A stretch of 64,000 nt of DNA from Coleofasciculus sp. B1-GNL1-01 (GCA_040220235.1 JAVJTO010000051.1), one strand, 5' to 3'; numbered from the stretch's first letter, positions 9,099 to 20,148 are shown. The notes: generated from the letters alone by a model not told the origin. Numbers and translations: made by a program.

Positions 9099-9586
9099 AT
9101 CGTTTTCCTCAAAGTGTTGTCACTTGTTTTTCAATTTTGACAGTCTGTGGGGGCGATCTCTGTCCCCATAACGATAGAGTTTGGCTACTTGGCAAATTCA
9201 AAATTCCCCATGCTGACACCGTAAGCATTCCAATAATGCGCGAATGGTCACTTGATTGCCATTGCGTTGTATTGATCACTACTCCTGCAATCACAAATGT
9301 ATGCTGTAGAGATGTGAATACTTTTGTTTCTACTCAACCCAGAGAATCTTGATTACTCATACGCGATTGATTGCATGACGTTCGGTTGAAGACAAGCTTT
9401 GTTGATCGGTTTTCGGTTATGAACTCTTCGGAGCGCGTCAATCCACCCCGAAAATAGCGTAAGGAGTTGGATTATTGAAAAGTTGATCCGTGGTGGCTTG
9501 ATTCGGTTTCTTTCGGTTTAGTTGATAGTTATTTTCTACGACTTCCTATTTGCCACGTTTCTTTTATTTAAGCAGATTCAACTTAA

Positions 9587-9814
9587 TCAGGAATCTTGAG
9601 GAATAGTATTTTGTCCTTCTAATAATCTGAGATAGGAATAGGGTACAGATAGGGGCCAAGTAATCGTGGCGATAACAAAACAAACTCCACAGCTCAGTTT
9701 ATCGTCTTCCGATAACGTATTATCTTCTCTTAAACAGGTAAACCACTTGTTTAACAAGCGTACCGCTACGACTAAGTAAAGACTAACTGAGCTAACTAGC
9801 ATGATATGCAACAT
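9587..9814 (-). CDS. Small hypothetical membrane protein
   Basis: 75 aa, two hydrophobic segments, IATITWPLSVPYSYL motif. Confidence 0.6.
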   Translation of the reverse strand: MLHIMLVSSVSLYLVVAVRLLNKWFTCLREDNTLSEDDKLSCGVCFVIATITWPLSVPYSYLRLLEGQNTIPQDS

Positions 9815-10007
9815 GGTAAACCTACCTTAAAGAATTGTTTTTTCAGCGCTAACGGCTGGTTAAGTCCTTCGCTTTTTATCTAGTATACTGAACGATTTGC
9901 TTCTCAAAAGCCTATACTACCTATATTTACACAATCTTCACTGTCGCATTTTTTCCTTAACTGTATCTTAATAAAGGGAGTTGTTATCCGTCGCCGTTTT
10001 GTGATAC

Positions 10008-11057
10008 TCAGGTGAACTGAGTCTGGCAGTACGTGTCAAGCAAAGAAATGCAGTTGGCGATCGCACCCAAATGAGCCACCTCATAGCCATGGGTGTTTTG
10101 TGTCGGGAAACTCAAGCAGGCGGCGCGGGAAACATGACCAAACTTCATGGCAATAGACGCATCGCTGCCAAACCCACTAATTGTGGCAAGCTGTAAAGGA
10201 ACACCAATCCCATTCGCCGCCTGTCGCAGTTCCCAGTTGAGTCCCTCATCGTAAATCCCGTAGCCATCCTGGGACAACAGCACAGGTGCTTCCCCATCTT
10301 CAATTGGGTATTCTGAGGAGAGAGGGCAGATTTCTAGGGCGATTAAAGCATCAAGCGAGTGATTTTGGCTAAAATACAACGCGCCAATTGCGCCAACTTC
10401 TTCCTTCGCCGACGCCACTAAATAAGTATCCACAACGGGAGTTTTGACTTGTTCGGCGAGACTCAACAGAATGGCAACAGAGGCTTTGTTATCCAAGGTA
10501 TAACTGGCAATGTAATCCTTGAGGCGTATGGGTCGCTTGCGGTGCTTTCCCACAACCATGCGGGTTCCTGGGCGCACCCCAGCAGCGACAAGTTCAGCTA
10601 GAGTACATTTCGTTTCCACCCAAGCCTCTTCCCAACGCACGGGGACAGTTTCTTGTTGTGCTTTTTGGGGAGATTCATGGGAAACGTGACGTGATCCAAA
10701 GGAAAGAATCCCACTCAAGGTTTGATTATCCCCTAATAAATCGACAACGCCTTCCCCATAAACCCAGGGAAATGAGCCGCCGAGTTTGCGGACTTGCACT
10801 TGTCCCTGTTCGCCTATCGATTTAACAATACCGCCGATTTCATCTTTATGAGCAGTAATCGCAATCGATCGCTCAGGGGTTTGACCCGGTATCTTAGCAA
10901 TAATATTCCCAGCTCGATCCTGCCACGATTCAACCCCTAAGCCATGCAATCGACTGATTAGCAGTTGATCAATTTCTCGTTCTGCACCACTAGGAGAATG
11001 ATGCAGCACTAACTCTTCAATAGTATTAAATAAGTGGTCGTAATTTGAGGATGGCAT
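10008..11057 (-). CDS. M42 family metallopeptidase
   Basis: SPSGAE, AHKDEIG, LDNKAS, KEEVG, NTHGYE metal-binding motifs; start probably MPSSNY at 11057. Confidence 0.85.
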   Translation of the reverse strand: MPSSNYDHLFNTIEELVLHHSPSGAEREIDQLLISRLHGLGVESWQDRAGNIIAKIPGQTPERSIAITAHKDEIGGIVKSIGEQGQVQVRKLGGSFPWVYGEGVVDLLGDNQTLSGILSFGSRHVSHESPQKAQQETVPVRWEEAWVETKCTLAELVAAGVRPGTRMVVGKHRKRPIRLKDYIASYTLDNKASVAILLSLAEQVKTPVVDTYLVASAKEEVGAIGALYFSQNHSLDALIALEICPLSSEYPIEDGEAPVLLSQDGYGIYDEGLNWELRQAANGIGVPLQLATISGFGSDASIAMKFGHVSRAACLSFPTQNTHGYEVAHLGAIANCISLLDTYCQTQFT

Positions 11058-11321
11058 GAAGGCGATAAACTCACGCAATAAAGGCGAATACTACTGACCT
11101 AAGCTAGCTTCATTCGTAGTTGCGCTTTAGCGCCATAAACACCTCAGCGCTGACTATAAATCTATGGATGTATTACATCGATTCATAAAACGCTTACGTC
11201 AGTGCTATTCAGCTCAAATCAACCAACACGATAACATACTCGTTCTATATCGGCAATAACAAATAATTCAACATTTAAAGCAAGAGACGTTATTGATATC
11301 AGACACAAAATTTCCATCCCT

Positions 11322-11387
11322 GTAGGGACGGGTTTAGGGATTAATCTTTCTAGCGTGTGATAATTGAACAGGCAAAACCCGCCCTTC
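11322..11387. repeat. REP-like element
   Basis: GTAGGGACGGGTTT...AAACCCGCCCT. Confidence 0.75.
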
Positions 11388-11437
11388 CTATCCCCTAACT
11401 TATCAGACGAATCAGATTAGCGTGAGAATCGTCCTGG

Positions 11438-11912
11438 TTAAGGTTTAGGGGTTGCCGTCTGGAAAAAGGATTGCGCCTCAAACCCTAACCCCTGTGCCAA
11501 AACTGAGTTAGAAATTGCTGAATCGTTTGATTGTACCGTTGCACCGCCTGATTATAACGCATCCGTTCTACAGCAAGGCGATTTTCTGTCCTGGCTATTT
11601 CATACTGAAGGTTCGCAAATAATTGACTTGATTGTAACTGAGAATTATTGGTGGCATAGTCTTAAAAACGATTAATCGCGTCATTCACTTGTTCCACAGC
11701 CGCCGCTTTTTTTCTGGGGTATCCGCTTGTAAATAAGCCTGACGAGATTGCTGAAATAAAGACCCATTTTTTTTCTCATGTTCGGTGTAAGCTTGAGTGA
11801 CTCGAACTAAATTAGGAATCAAATCAGCCCGCCGTTGAAGTTGATTTTCCATTTGCGCCCATTTAGCCTGAACCACAGAAGCATGGCGGGAAAAAGAGTT
11901 ATATGTCCATTT
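11438..11912 (-). pseudogene. LemA family pseudogene
   Basis: YNS...WAQMENQLQRRADLIPNLV, then after a frameshift and internal stop LFANLQYEIARTENRLAVERMRYNQAVQRYN; further frameshifts near the end. Confidence 0.85.
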
Positions 11913-12533
11913 TTAGTCAGGTTTGTTTAACCGAATTTGATATAAATTAATACCTGGAGGCGGTAACTGTGGCTGACATTGAGGACATCGCCACCCCACA
12001 AAACTGACAATACCCTTTTCTTGAGAAATTTGGGCAGAGTGACTAAGATAAAATCTTAAAGTATTCCCATTTAATTCTTGTAGCGGTTGATGACAATGCT
12101 GGCAATAAAACGGTTGCCGTTGTCGTTTTATTCGTGTGGCTGATAACAGATTATTGGTTAGTCTGTCTGCCAAAGGAAAAGTACTAACTCCCACCACCAA
12201 CGCCATAATTGACAAGCTTATCAGTATAAGTATAAGTAAGGTTGGTTCAGGTTGAGAAGCAACTGTAATAGACCAACCTATCCAATATGTAAATGCAAAC
12301 CCCATAGCAATCCAACCCATATAAGCAAGCCTTTGATGTAACCTCAGTGCTGACTCCTCTAAAAGGACAGTATAGTTTTGATAAATTCTACCATCAGCAG
12401 AACCACCTGTTTGGGTGTGTTGTCCTATTGGTGAGATTAATATCGGACGACTCGCAATAATCCAGATTCGACTATAAGCCAGAATTACCAAAGCTAAACC
12501 TAGAATACCAATTAAGAAAATATATGGAATCAT
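11913..12533 (-). CDS. Membrane protein with C-terminal zinc-ribbon-like motif
   Basis: Three hydrophobic segments; CQHC...WRCPQC. Confidence 0.7.
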   Translation of the reverse strand: MIPYIFLIGILGLALVILAYSRIWIIASRPILISPIGQHTQTGGSADGRIYQNYTVLLEESALRLHQRLAYMGWIAMGFAFTYWIGWSITVASQPEPTLLILILISLSIMALVVGVSTFPLADRLTNNLLSATRIKRQRQPFYCQHCHQPLQELNGNTLRFYLSHSAQISQEKGIVSFVGWRCPQCQPQLPPPGINLYQIRLNKPD

Positions 12534-12750
12534 GTTTGAGTTTCGGGATTAATGGGAAATAAAAGAAATAGATATAGCTCAGTAGAGGTGTTAAGTAGTC
12601 GGACAATTTTCACTCTGTATATTGTTCGTGACAACCTTTAATAAACTATGACGTGCTGGCTATTGGTTAAAAACTGGAGAGGTATCGAGTCCGGATGTTG
12701 ATTCAAATTCCGATGTCGTTTTGTTCAAGTTGTAATGACAACGAATTTGA

Positions 12751-12817
12751 GTAGAGGGCGACCCAACCTAATTGAATGGAATGGAGTATTTAATTAATGC
12801 AAGCGGGTCGCCCCTAC
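12751..12817. repeat. REP-like element GTAGAGGGCGACCC...GGGTCGCCCCTAC
   Basis: Inverted arms; related copy at 61429-61489. Confidence 0.75.
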
Positions 12818-12878
12818 AGTCCAGGCCACAGGTATTTCGGATTATCAATAAGGAGCGATCGCACTCAAGGAAGGCTGC

Positions 12879-13409
12879 TTAGAAATCACCGCCAGCGCCA
12901 CCACCGCCACTGTCACCACCACCAAAACTACCACCACCGGAATCGCCACCACCGGAATCGCCACCACTGTAGTTACTGCCTGTATAAACACCTCCCGTGT
13001 GACTACTACTCGAAGAACGGCGACGCGAGGAACGACGACTCGAAGAACTGCCATTACTATTGGCGACTAGAAAAATCACGACCGTTGGCACACCTAATAG
13101 TACGAGTAATGCCAGTAAAGCTTCTCCAGACGATTTATAGATCTTAGATTGGGACTCTAAAGACGTAGTATTACTAGCGACTCCAGTATTCATTTTAGCC
13201 GTCGGCAAATCGGAAGTAATCGGATTGCTTTGTTTTTCGGTGTCTTCACTAACAATCGCTGCTATTTCTGTCGCCAAACCGCTATTGACTGGTTGCGAAC
13301 TGGTAACCTTATTAATCGTCAATGCTTGTGCGGCAAGGGGTGAAAAAACTGTGAGGCAAAGTGGAACTGTCCAAAGTATCTGTTTAAAATTAGGGGCAAA
13401 AGATTTCAT
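12879..13409 (-). CDS. Signal peptide, Ser/Thr linker, TM helix and Gly-rich tail (paralogue of the TPM protein lacking the TPM domain)
   Basis: KQILWTVPLCLTVFSPLAAQALT and LLVLLGVPTVVIFL match 14395-15210; RBS GGAG before ATG 13409. Confidence 0.75.
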   Translation of the reverse strand: MKSFAPNFKQILWTVPLCLTVFSPLAAQALTINKVTSSQPVNSGLATEIAAIVSEDTEKQSNPITSDLPTAKMNTGVASNTTSLESQSKIYKSSGEALLALLVLLGVPTVVIFLVANSNGSSSSRRSSRRRSSSSSHTGGVYTGSNYSGGDSGGGDSGGGSFGGGDSGGGGAGGDF

Positions 13410-13719
13410 GATTTCAATCTCCAAAAAAACTTGATGTTGATTGGGTTATGTGAGAACGCTGTCAATTCTTGAATCTGCGTCGTCTGTCTCTTACTCGCTA
13501 TTGAGTCTTGGCTTTTATGCGAGAGGTTGATTGTTGTAATATCTCTTTACAACTTGATAGTGTCGATTAACTAACTTAAGAGTTGGTAGAAAGTGATGCG
13601 ATCGCTGATGGCGAAGACAGCGCCACTACAAACCAATGATGTTAGATGTAAGAGTTTGTAGTAAGCGCTTTAGCGCTTCTGGCACTAAAGTGCCTACTAC
13701 GAACCAATATTGATTCCGT

Positions 13720-14184
13720 TTAGAAACCACCACCGCAACCGCCACCACCACTGGAACCGCCACCGCTGCAACCGCCGCCACCACTGGAGCCACTGCCACC
13801 GCTGCAACCGCCGCCACCACTAGAACCGCCGCTAAAGCCACCGCCCGTGTAGCCACTGTAGCCACTACTCGAAGAACGACGACTACCAGAACGATAACCG
13901 CTAGAACTGCTATCGCTATTTAGGGCTAGAATCAGCACTCCAACAGGTATGCCTAATAGTATGAGTAGTGCCAAAATAGCCTCGTTAGACGACTTATAAA
14001 TACTGTCTTCAGCAGATGTCGTATTACTCGCGACTACAGTACTCGTTTCAGTAATGACTGCTTTTGTTTCGTCGAATGTGCTTTCTTCAACGGTTAGGGC
14101 TTGGGCAGCCAGAGGGGAGAAAAAGGTTAGACAAACTGGAACTGTCCAAATCATCTGTTTGAGTTGACGTGCCAAAGGTTTCAT
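13720..14184 (-). CDS. Second TPM-less paralogue with Gly/Cys-rich tail (alternative start at 14273)
   Basis: KQMIWTVPVCLTFFSPLAAQALTVEE, IYKSSNEAILALLILLGIP, GGGGCSGG repeats. Confidence 0.75.
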   Translation of the reverse strand: MKPLARQLKQMIWTVPVCLTFFSPLAAQALTVEESTFDETKAVITETSTVVASNTTSAEDSIYKSSNEAILALLILLGIPVGVLILALNSDSSSSGYRSGSRRSSSSGYSGYTGGGFSGGSSGGGGCSGGSGSSGGGGCSGGGSSGGGGCGGGF

Positions 14185-14394
14185 GGTTTTAATCTCCGAT
14201 AAACTGTTGATGTTGATTAGGTTATGGGGGAAAGCTGTAACTTCCTGAAGCTGAGTTGTCTGTTTCTTATTCATGGTTAACTCCTTGGTTGTCTGCAAAA
14301 GGTCAATTTGAGGAATAATGTTGCACACATTTAGCAAGCATCTGTTCTAGACTTGCGGCAGTCAAACCTTGTCAGTCTTCAACCGGACATGATC

Positions 14395-15210
14395 TTATAA
14401 ATCACCGCCACCAAAACTGCAACCACTAGAACCACCACTACTGATACCGCCATTGGAAGAACGCCTAGAATAACGATGCTTAGAATAACGACGCCTGGAA
14501 GAACGGTTACTATTGCGATTAGCAGCGAGTAGGACAATGATGCCCACAGGTACTCCTATAAATAGAAGTAATGATTGCAACGTCCATCTAGAAAAGGTTT
14601 CTTCACTAGATAATTGAGATGAAGATACAGCCGTCGTACTGTTGGTCGTTTTTCTATTCGTTTGGATAGTATCGGTTGTATTGACGTCATCGCCTAATTG
14701 AACAACTAATGCTTTGGTTCCGGCTAATGTACCCGTGTCAAAGTCACCTTGCTTAAAAGGCGGAGTAATTTTAGTTTCGATAATCTGACCTACCTGGCCA
14801 TCGGGTAAAATCGGTTCGATACCGTATCCGGTTTCAATCTCAACGCGGCGATCGCCTATGGAAATCAAAAACAGTACACCGTTGTCCTCATCCGCTTTGC
14901 CAATCCCCCAGTGATTGAACAATTTAGTGGTAAATGCTTTGGGTGAGGCGGCGGGAGACGTTTCAGGTACAGTCACCACTGCAATTTCTGTGCCATTTTC
15001 AATTTCCAACTCGGAAATCATTTGATTGAGTTGGCGTTCCGTATCCTGACTGAGAATATCTGCCATATCTGTTACCCAAGTGCCATTTAGCTGTTGAGGA
15101 TTAGGAACCTCTTCAACGGTTAAGGCGTGGGCGGAAAGAGGTGAGAGGACAGTGAGACAGAAGGGAACTGCCCAAATTGCCTGTTTGATTTTAGTAGTTA
15201 TTGTTTTCAT
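14395..15210 (-). CDS. TPM domain (DUF477/YgcG) protein
   Basis: WVTDMADIL, EIAVVTV, LFNHWGIG...DNGVLFLIS..DRRVEIETGYGIE, FKQGDFDTG; signal peptide, TM helix and Gly tail. Confidence 0.9.
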   Translation of the reverse strand: MKTITTKIKQAIWAVPFCLTVLSPLSAHALTVEEVPNPQQLNGTWVTDMADILSQDTERQLNQMISELEIENGTEIAVVTVPETSPAASPKAFTTKLFNHWGIGKADEDNGVLFLISIGDRRVEIETGYGIEPILPDGQVGQIIETKITPPFKQGDFDTGTLAGTKALVVQLGDDVNTTDTIQTNRKTTNSTTAVSSSQLSSEETFSRWTLQSLLLFIGVPVGIIVLLAANRNSNRSSRRRYSKHRYSRRSSNGGISSGGSSGCSFGGGDL

Positions 15211-15252
15211 GATGTATTTCCTCTAAAAGCTGGAGTAAGTTTGTCACAGTCG

Positions 15253-15537
15253 TCAGGATGCACTTACCGAAACTGGATCAGTTTCCAGAGTCTGAGATGA
15301 AGTGGGTGTCACCTCTGCCTCACATAAAAATGCGATCGCAGGCTTGTTAATGCACAGAGAGGACATTTGCGTGAGTGGCTGTCCCGGTTGGTGGATTTCT
15401 ACATCCGTCAACACAATGAAATTTCGAGAATTATTGAGCATATCGGAGAGTCGAGAGCGATAGCTGTTAGGAAGGGCAGAAACTGCCATATCACCGAATA
15501 TTTGAACGTTATTTAGGGTTAAAATTTGGACTCTCAT
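15253..15537 (-). CDS. Small hypothetical protein (DUF6812-like)
   Basis: RSRLSDMLN..FIVLTDVEI...LCINKPAI pattern; RBS GAGGA before ATG 15537. Confidence 0.6.
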   Translation of the reverse strand: MRVQILTLNNVQIFGDMAVSALPNSYRSRLSDMLNNSRNFIVLTDVEIHQPGQPLTQMSSLCINKPAIAFLCEAEVTPTSSQTLETDPVSVSAS

Positions 15538-15903
15538 CGAATTCTTCCTCAAATTTCATTTATGCCGTCTGCTGACACCCTGTTCGTTTTTTGCTCATTC
15601 TTGTGAGTTATTTATGTTATAGCCTCTTTAAGTGAGCCTTGTCAAGGGGGAAGTACAAGCTTTAAACCGCCTTAGGATTCAACGCCAAGCTAAAGCTTAA
15701 CGTCCTATAAAGACTACTGGATGGGAGTTTGAGTCAATTTAAACCGTACAAAATGCCCTGGAAAGTGGAGGAACGTGAGTTATGTGAGCTATGTGAGGTA
15801 TAGGTCAACCCCTACAACAGTTAGGACTGATAACCCACCTGCATAAGAAAGGAGCAGGGGGAGTAGAGGAAGATAAAATCTTGAAATATCATTGAGGCGA
15901 ACC

Positions 15904-16779
15904 ATGGCAAACATCCCCAGCTTTACCCCTCAACCCACAGCCGATGGCTCATTCACCTTCTTTTCTGAAGCGTTTGGTGAATATTTCCACAGCACTCAAG
16001 GGGCAAAAACGGAAGCGTTGTTAAAATTTGTGGAACCTTGTCATCTGAAACAAAAAGCCCAACAGCAGGTTGTGCGTCTGCTGGATATCTGCTACGGCTT
16101 AGGCTACAATACGGCGGCGGCTCTAGAAACGATTTGGACGATTAATCCCAGATGTCAAGTTGAATTAGTCGCCCTGGAATTAGACCCGACTGTACCGCGA
16201 AGCGCGATCGCACATCATTTTCTCAGTGGCTGGAATCACCCGATTCCCGAACTCCTAGAGTGTCTGGTGACAACCTCAGAAGTTAAAACGGATCAGCTTC
16301 AGGCGCAACTTTATTTCGGCGACGCCAGAAATAGCATCCAGCAATTGTCTCAGTTGAACCTCCAAGCTGATGCTATTTTTCTCGATCCCTTTTCTTCCCG
16401 TCGCTGTCCCCAATTATGGACAGTGGAATTTTTTCAGCAATTAGCTGAATGCTGTGCCAAAACAGGTAGACTAGCAACCTATTCCTGTGCGGCAGCTGTC
16501 CGTAGCGGCTTAATAACGGCTGGATTTAAGATTGGTTCGACACCCCCTGTAGGGGGACGACAACCGGGAACTGTGGCAAGTTTTGACGCTTCCACTCTAC
16601 CCCCTTTCTCGGAGCGATCGCGTCAACATTTGCAAACCCGTGCGGCTATTCCCTATCGTGATCCTCAACTTGCGGATCAGGCTGAGATTATTCTGCAACG
16701 GCGGCAAATTGAGCAGCAATCTTCTACTCTCGAACCCACCTCACACTGGCAAAAACGTTGGTCGGCGAAAGAGGGATGA
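15904..16779 (+). CDS. tRNA mnm5s2U34 methyltransferase (MnmC methyltransferase domain / MnmD-like)
   Basis: TADGSFTFFS..FGEYFHS..GA, LDICYGLGYN, FLDPFS...PQLWT, LATYS. Confidence 0.85.
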   Translation: MANIPSFTPQPTADGSFTFFSEAFGEYFHSTQGAKTEALLKFVEPCHLKQKAQQQVVRLLDICYGLGYNTAAALETIWTINPRCQVELVALELDPTVPRSAIAHHFLSGWNHPIPELLECLVTTSEVKTDQLQAQLYFGDARNSIQQLSQLNLQADAIFLDPFSSRRCPQLWTVEFFQQLAECCAKTGRLATYSCAAAVRSGLITAGFKIGSTPPVGGRQPGTVASFDASTLPPFSERSRQHLQTRAAIPYRDPQLADQAEIILQRRQIEQQSSTLEPTSHWQKRWSAKEG

Positions 16780-16970
16780 GGGAGCGAGGGGAAGCAGGGG
16801 GAGCGGGGGAAGCAGGGGAAGCAGGGGAAGCAGAGGGAAGATGGGGGAGATGGGGGAGATGGGGAAGATAGGGAAGATGGGGGAGATGGGGAAGATGGGG
16901 GAGATGGGGAAGATGGGGGAGATGGGGAAGATGGGGGAGAATGACGAATGACAAAGGACGAATGACTAAT
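16780..16970. repeat. 9-mer arrays (GGGAAGCAG, GATGGGGGA) plus 7-mer STRR between convergent genes
   Basis: Directly visible. Confidence 0.9.
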
Positions 16971-17886
16971 GACTAATCCCCCATAGGAAAGCAGCCACAC
17001 CGAGTAAACACAAGATACCCGATATCCCAGCTAAGGGATTATCTCCTATTCCCGTTATCCATATCGATCCTTTTCTGGTATAAGAAATCAGTTTGGCTTC
17101 CTGAAGACAGGTTAATCCCCAAATCCAACCCGCATGAAGTCCCCAGGCTAAGCCTAAACTCCCCCCATTTACACACCGGGCTAAAACTAATACCATACCC
17201 ATTAGCCACAATCCAGGAATTTGAGGGAGCGTCTGTTGCTGTTCCCAAATCAGATGTAATAGAGCAAAAATCAGACTGGATATTACCGCCGCTATTGCTA
17301 GAGAATAGTCCTGTTGGAGTTCCGTCAGAAGGAACCCGCGAAACACCAATTCCTCGATTAATCCAATCCCTAGTCCTATTGCACATATTGGCAGTCCAAT
17401 CCGGGTCAATTGCTGCCAATTTTCTCCATGCCAATCCACCCAGCCTACTAGCCATTGTCCCGTAAAGCTGATTCCTAAGCTCAAAATTGCCACGCCCAAT
17501 CCCCCGACTAAGGATATCAAAATCCGCGTCGTCCAGTCCCAGCCATAGTCGGGAAACGATGTATCTTCTATCTGTGTTGCCCCCCAGATAATCAGGGGGG
17601 CAATGAGGTAAAGAACAGCGACGAATGGCAACTTTTTCTGTGCTGCCAAAGGCTTAGGAGGATGCCATTTCAGTCGGGTGGCGATCGCGATGGCTAAGGG
17701 CAACCACAACGCAGACCAAGCCAGAAAAAAAACCGCGACTTTTACTAGCGCCGATGCGCTTATTAGCCAAATAATACACGGATTATCTGCCTGATCAAAC
17801 ATAGCCATAAGCGAGATCGGCAAACGGTGAGGAGCTATAATTTTTACGCTGCTACTTTCATGCTGCCAAGGATGGATACTTTGCAT
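16966..17886 (-). CDS. CPBP/CAAX (Abi) family intramembrane metalloprotease; start uncertain
   Basis: EELVFRG, FALLH and GLHAGW motifs; multiple TM helices. Confidence 0.85.
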   Translation of the reverse strand: MQSIHPWQHESSSVKIIAPHRLPISLMAMFDQADNPCIIWLISASALVKVAVFFLAWSALWLPLAIAIATRLKWHPPKPLAAQKKLPFVAVLYLIAPLIIWGATQIEDTSFPDYGWDWTTRILISLVGGLGVAILSLGISFTGQWLVGWVDWHGENWQQLTRIGLPICAIGLGIGLIEELVFRGFLLTELQQDYSLAIAAVISSLIFALLHLIWEQQQTLPQIPGLWLMGMVLVLARCVNGGSLGLAWGLHAGWIWGLTCLQEAKLISYTRKGSIWITGIGDNPLAGISGILCLLGVAAFLWGISH

Positions 17887-17913
17887 AACCCATCCTTTTT
17901 AGCATGAACTGCC

Positions 17914-18327
17914 TCAAACCTCTGCGGCTTCCAATTCCTCTTCGGACTCCTCAGATGTATCCAGATCCACCTGTTTTAGATGGATATGCTTGTAGCCCAG
18001 TTTAATTTCAAACTCATCACCGGGCTTCAATCCCATTTCCTGAGTGTAGGTTGAGCCAATCACAATCTGACCATTTTTATGGACGCTGACGCGATATGTC
18101 GGTTCCCGACCACGACCATCTTTTGCTCCCTCTGGATCTAAGGGAACACCCTTCGCCGCTAACACCGCATCATAAAAATCAGTTAAGTTGACGCGGGTCT
18201 GACCTGTTTTACTTTCGGAGTAATAGCCACAGCGTTTTGCTGTTTCTCGCCGAGGCAAGTGAGAAAGCTCTTTTACTTTTTGAAGTAAGGCTTTCCCCGT
18301 TAATGCATTAGCTTGGGTCTCTGCCAT
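17914..18327 (-). CDS. calA: Cyanobacterial AbrB-like transcription regulator (cyAbrB1/CalA clade)
   Basis: LTGKALLQKVKELSHLPRRETAKRCGYY...RVSVHKNGQIVIGSTYT..MGLKPGDEFEIKLG. Confidence 0.9.
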   Translation of the reverse strand: MAETQANALTGKALLQKVKELSHLPRRETAKRCGYYSESKTGQTRVNLTDFYDAVLAAKGVPLDPEGAKDGRGREPTYRVSVHKNGQIVIGSTYTQEMGLKPGDEFEIKLGYKHIHLKQVDLDTSEESEEELEAAEV

Positions 18328-18894
18328 AATTTCACAGACTATCCTTTATTTTTCAGGATGGTAAACGTCGTATGCTGCCAAGTGTATTTGGCTATATAAA
18401 AAATATATCGTTAAATCTCTGGTTTTGGTCAAGATTTTTTTGATCATTTATTAAAATTTCTAGGAATTTGAGCCATAAGGATTTTCCGGAGACGCCAAAG
18501 CCGCTTCTTAGGTTAAAATTTTAACCAAGATAGGACTCCGTGGCAAAAGATCGAACCTGAAGTATGTTCAGATCAGTGATCCATCTGGAGATTTGGCAGG
18601 TCATCTGGGAAAAATTTGACCAGACACAAGGGAGAGAGCATCTATCAACAGAAAATCAACACTCCCAAGGATGAATGCTGAGTGACCGCCGATTGTCTTA
18701 GACTGTAGTCAGTTTGCTAAATATCGCGGCTAAATGCTCACGGACAAGTTGAGCGAGTACCTTCTGGCAATATTTCTCATCTATATTTATGGGCGATCAG
18801 GAAATGAGGGGGTGATGGTCAATGGGTAGGTTGTGACTCCTGAGAAGGTGGTAATTTTCATATAGGTGTTGAGATACAAAGAGAGCATATCACT

Positions 18895-19911
18895 ATGCAA
18901 GTTGCCTTTAAAATCATTCGACAGACTCAAAATACCTCCCCCACTATCGAGACTTACAAGTTAGATGTGGAGGAAGGAAACACAATTCTGGAGTGCCTGA
19001 ATCGGATTAAGTGGGAGCAAGATGGAACTTTAGCATTTCGCAAGAATTGTCGCAACACAATCTGTGGTAGCTGTGCGATGCGGATCAATGGTCGCTCCGC
19101 ACTGGCTTGTAAAGAAAATGTGGGCAATGAATTGGCGCAGCTCCCTGAGCATCATCGCCCGGAGATTCCGGAAATCACAATTGCCCCCCTGGGTAATTTA
19201 CCCGTGATTAAGGATTTAGTCGTGGATATGCGGAGCTTTTGGGACAACTTAGAAGCGGTTGAACCCTACGTTAGCACAGCCGGACGAACCATTCCAGAAC
19301 GGGAATTTTTACAAAGTCCCCAAGAGCGATCGCGCCTGGATCAGAATGGTAATTGTATCATGTGTGGCGCTTGTTATTCAGAATGTAATGCTCGCGAGGT
19401 TGATCCCACATTTGTTGGTCCTCACGCCCTCGCCAAAGCCCAACGTCTAGTCGCCGATTCTCGCGATACCGCCATAGAAAGTCGCCTGGAAAACTACAAT
19501 CAAGGCACTCAGGGAGTGTGGGGATGTACCCGCTGTTTAATGTGTAACGCCGTTTGCCCGATGGATGTCGCCCCCATGGATCAAATCGGTAAAATTAAAC
19601 AAGAAATTCTGACTCGCAAAGACAAGCAAGCCAGCCGCTCAATCCGCCATCGCAAAGTCTTAATTGATTTGGTCAAACAAGGAGGTTGGGTTGATGAGCG
19701 CAAATTTGGTATCCAAGTGGTGGCGAACTTCTTCCGAGATATTAAAGGAATGCTCAGTTTAAGTCCCCTCGGATTACGGATGCTCGCCCGTGGTAAATTC
19801 CCCCTAGGATTTGACGCCTCCGAAGACACCGCCCAAGTGCGATCGCTGATTGAATCCGTCCAAACCTTGAAATCTGAGACACCAGAGGAAGAAATTTTAC
19901 CAAAATCATGA
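18895..19911 (+). CDS. sdhB: Succinate dehydrogenase/fumarate reductase iron-sulfur subunit
   Basis: [42 protein letters not shown]. Confidence 0.93.
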   Translation: MQVAFKIIRQTQNTSPTIETYKLDVEEGNTILECLNRIKWEQDGTLAFRKNCRNTICGSCAMRINGRSALACKENVGNELAQLPEHHRPEIPEITIAPLGNLPVIKDLVVDMRSFWDNLEAVEPYVSTAGRTIPEREFLQSPQERSRLDQNGNCIMCGACYSECNAREVDPTFVGPHALAKAQRLVADSRDTAIESRLENYNQGTQGVWGCTRCLMCNAVCPMDVAPMDQIGKIKQEILTRKDKQASRSIRHRKVLIDLVKQGGWVDERKFGIQVVANFFRDIKGMLSLSPLGLRMLARGKFPLGFDASEDTAQVRSLIESVQTLKSETPEEEILPKS

Positions 19912-20096
19912 CATCTCAAACACCCACCCCAGAAGAATCGACAACAGAAACCCCCAACCAACCCGAACCCGCTTTTGGGTGGACACCTTACGCCGAACAA
20001 ATCAACGGACGGTTTGCCATGATCGCATTTGTGGCTTTATTGCTGATCGAGTTGATTACTGGTAAAGGTTTATTAGGCTGGTTGGGTTTGATTTAG
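19908..20096 (+). CDS. High-light inducible protein (Hli/Scp, chlorophyll a/b-binding motif)
   Basis: [19 protein letters not shown] (ExxNGR.AM); ATGA overlap with the sdhB stop. Confidence 0.9.
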   Translation: MTSQTPTPEESTTETPNQPEPAFGWTPYAEQINGRFAMIAFVALLLIELITGKGLLGWLGLI

Positions 20097-20148
20097 TTAT
20101 TGGTCATTTGTCCTTTGTTAGGGAGCAGGGAACAGGGAACAGAATAGT

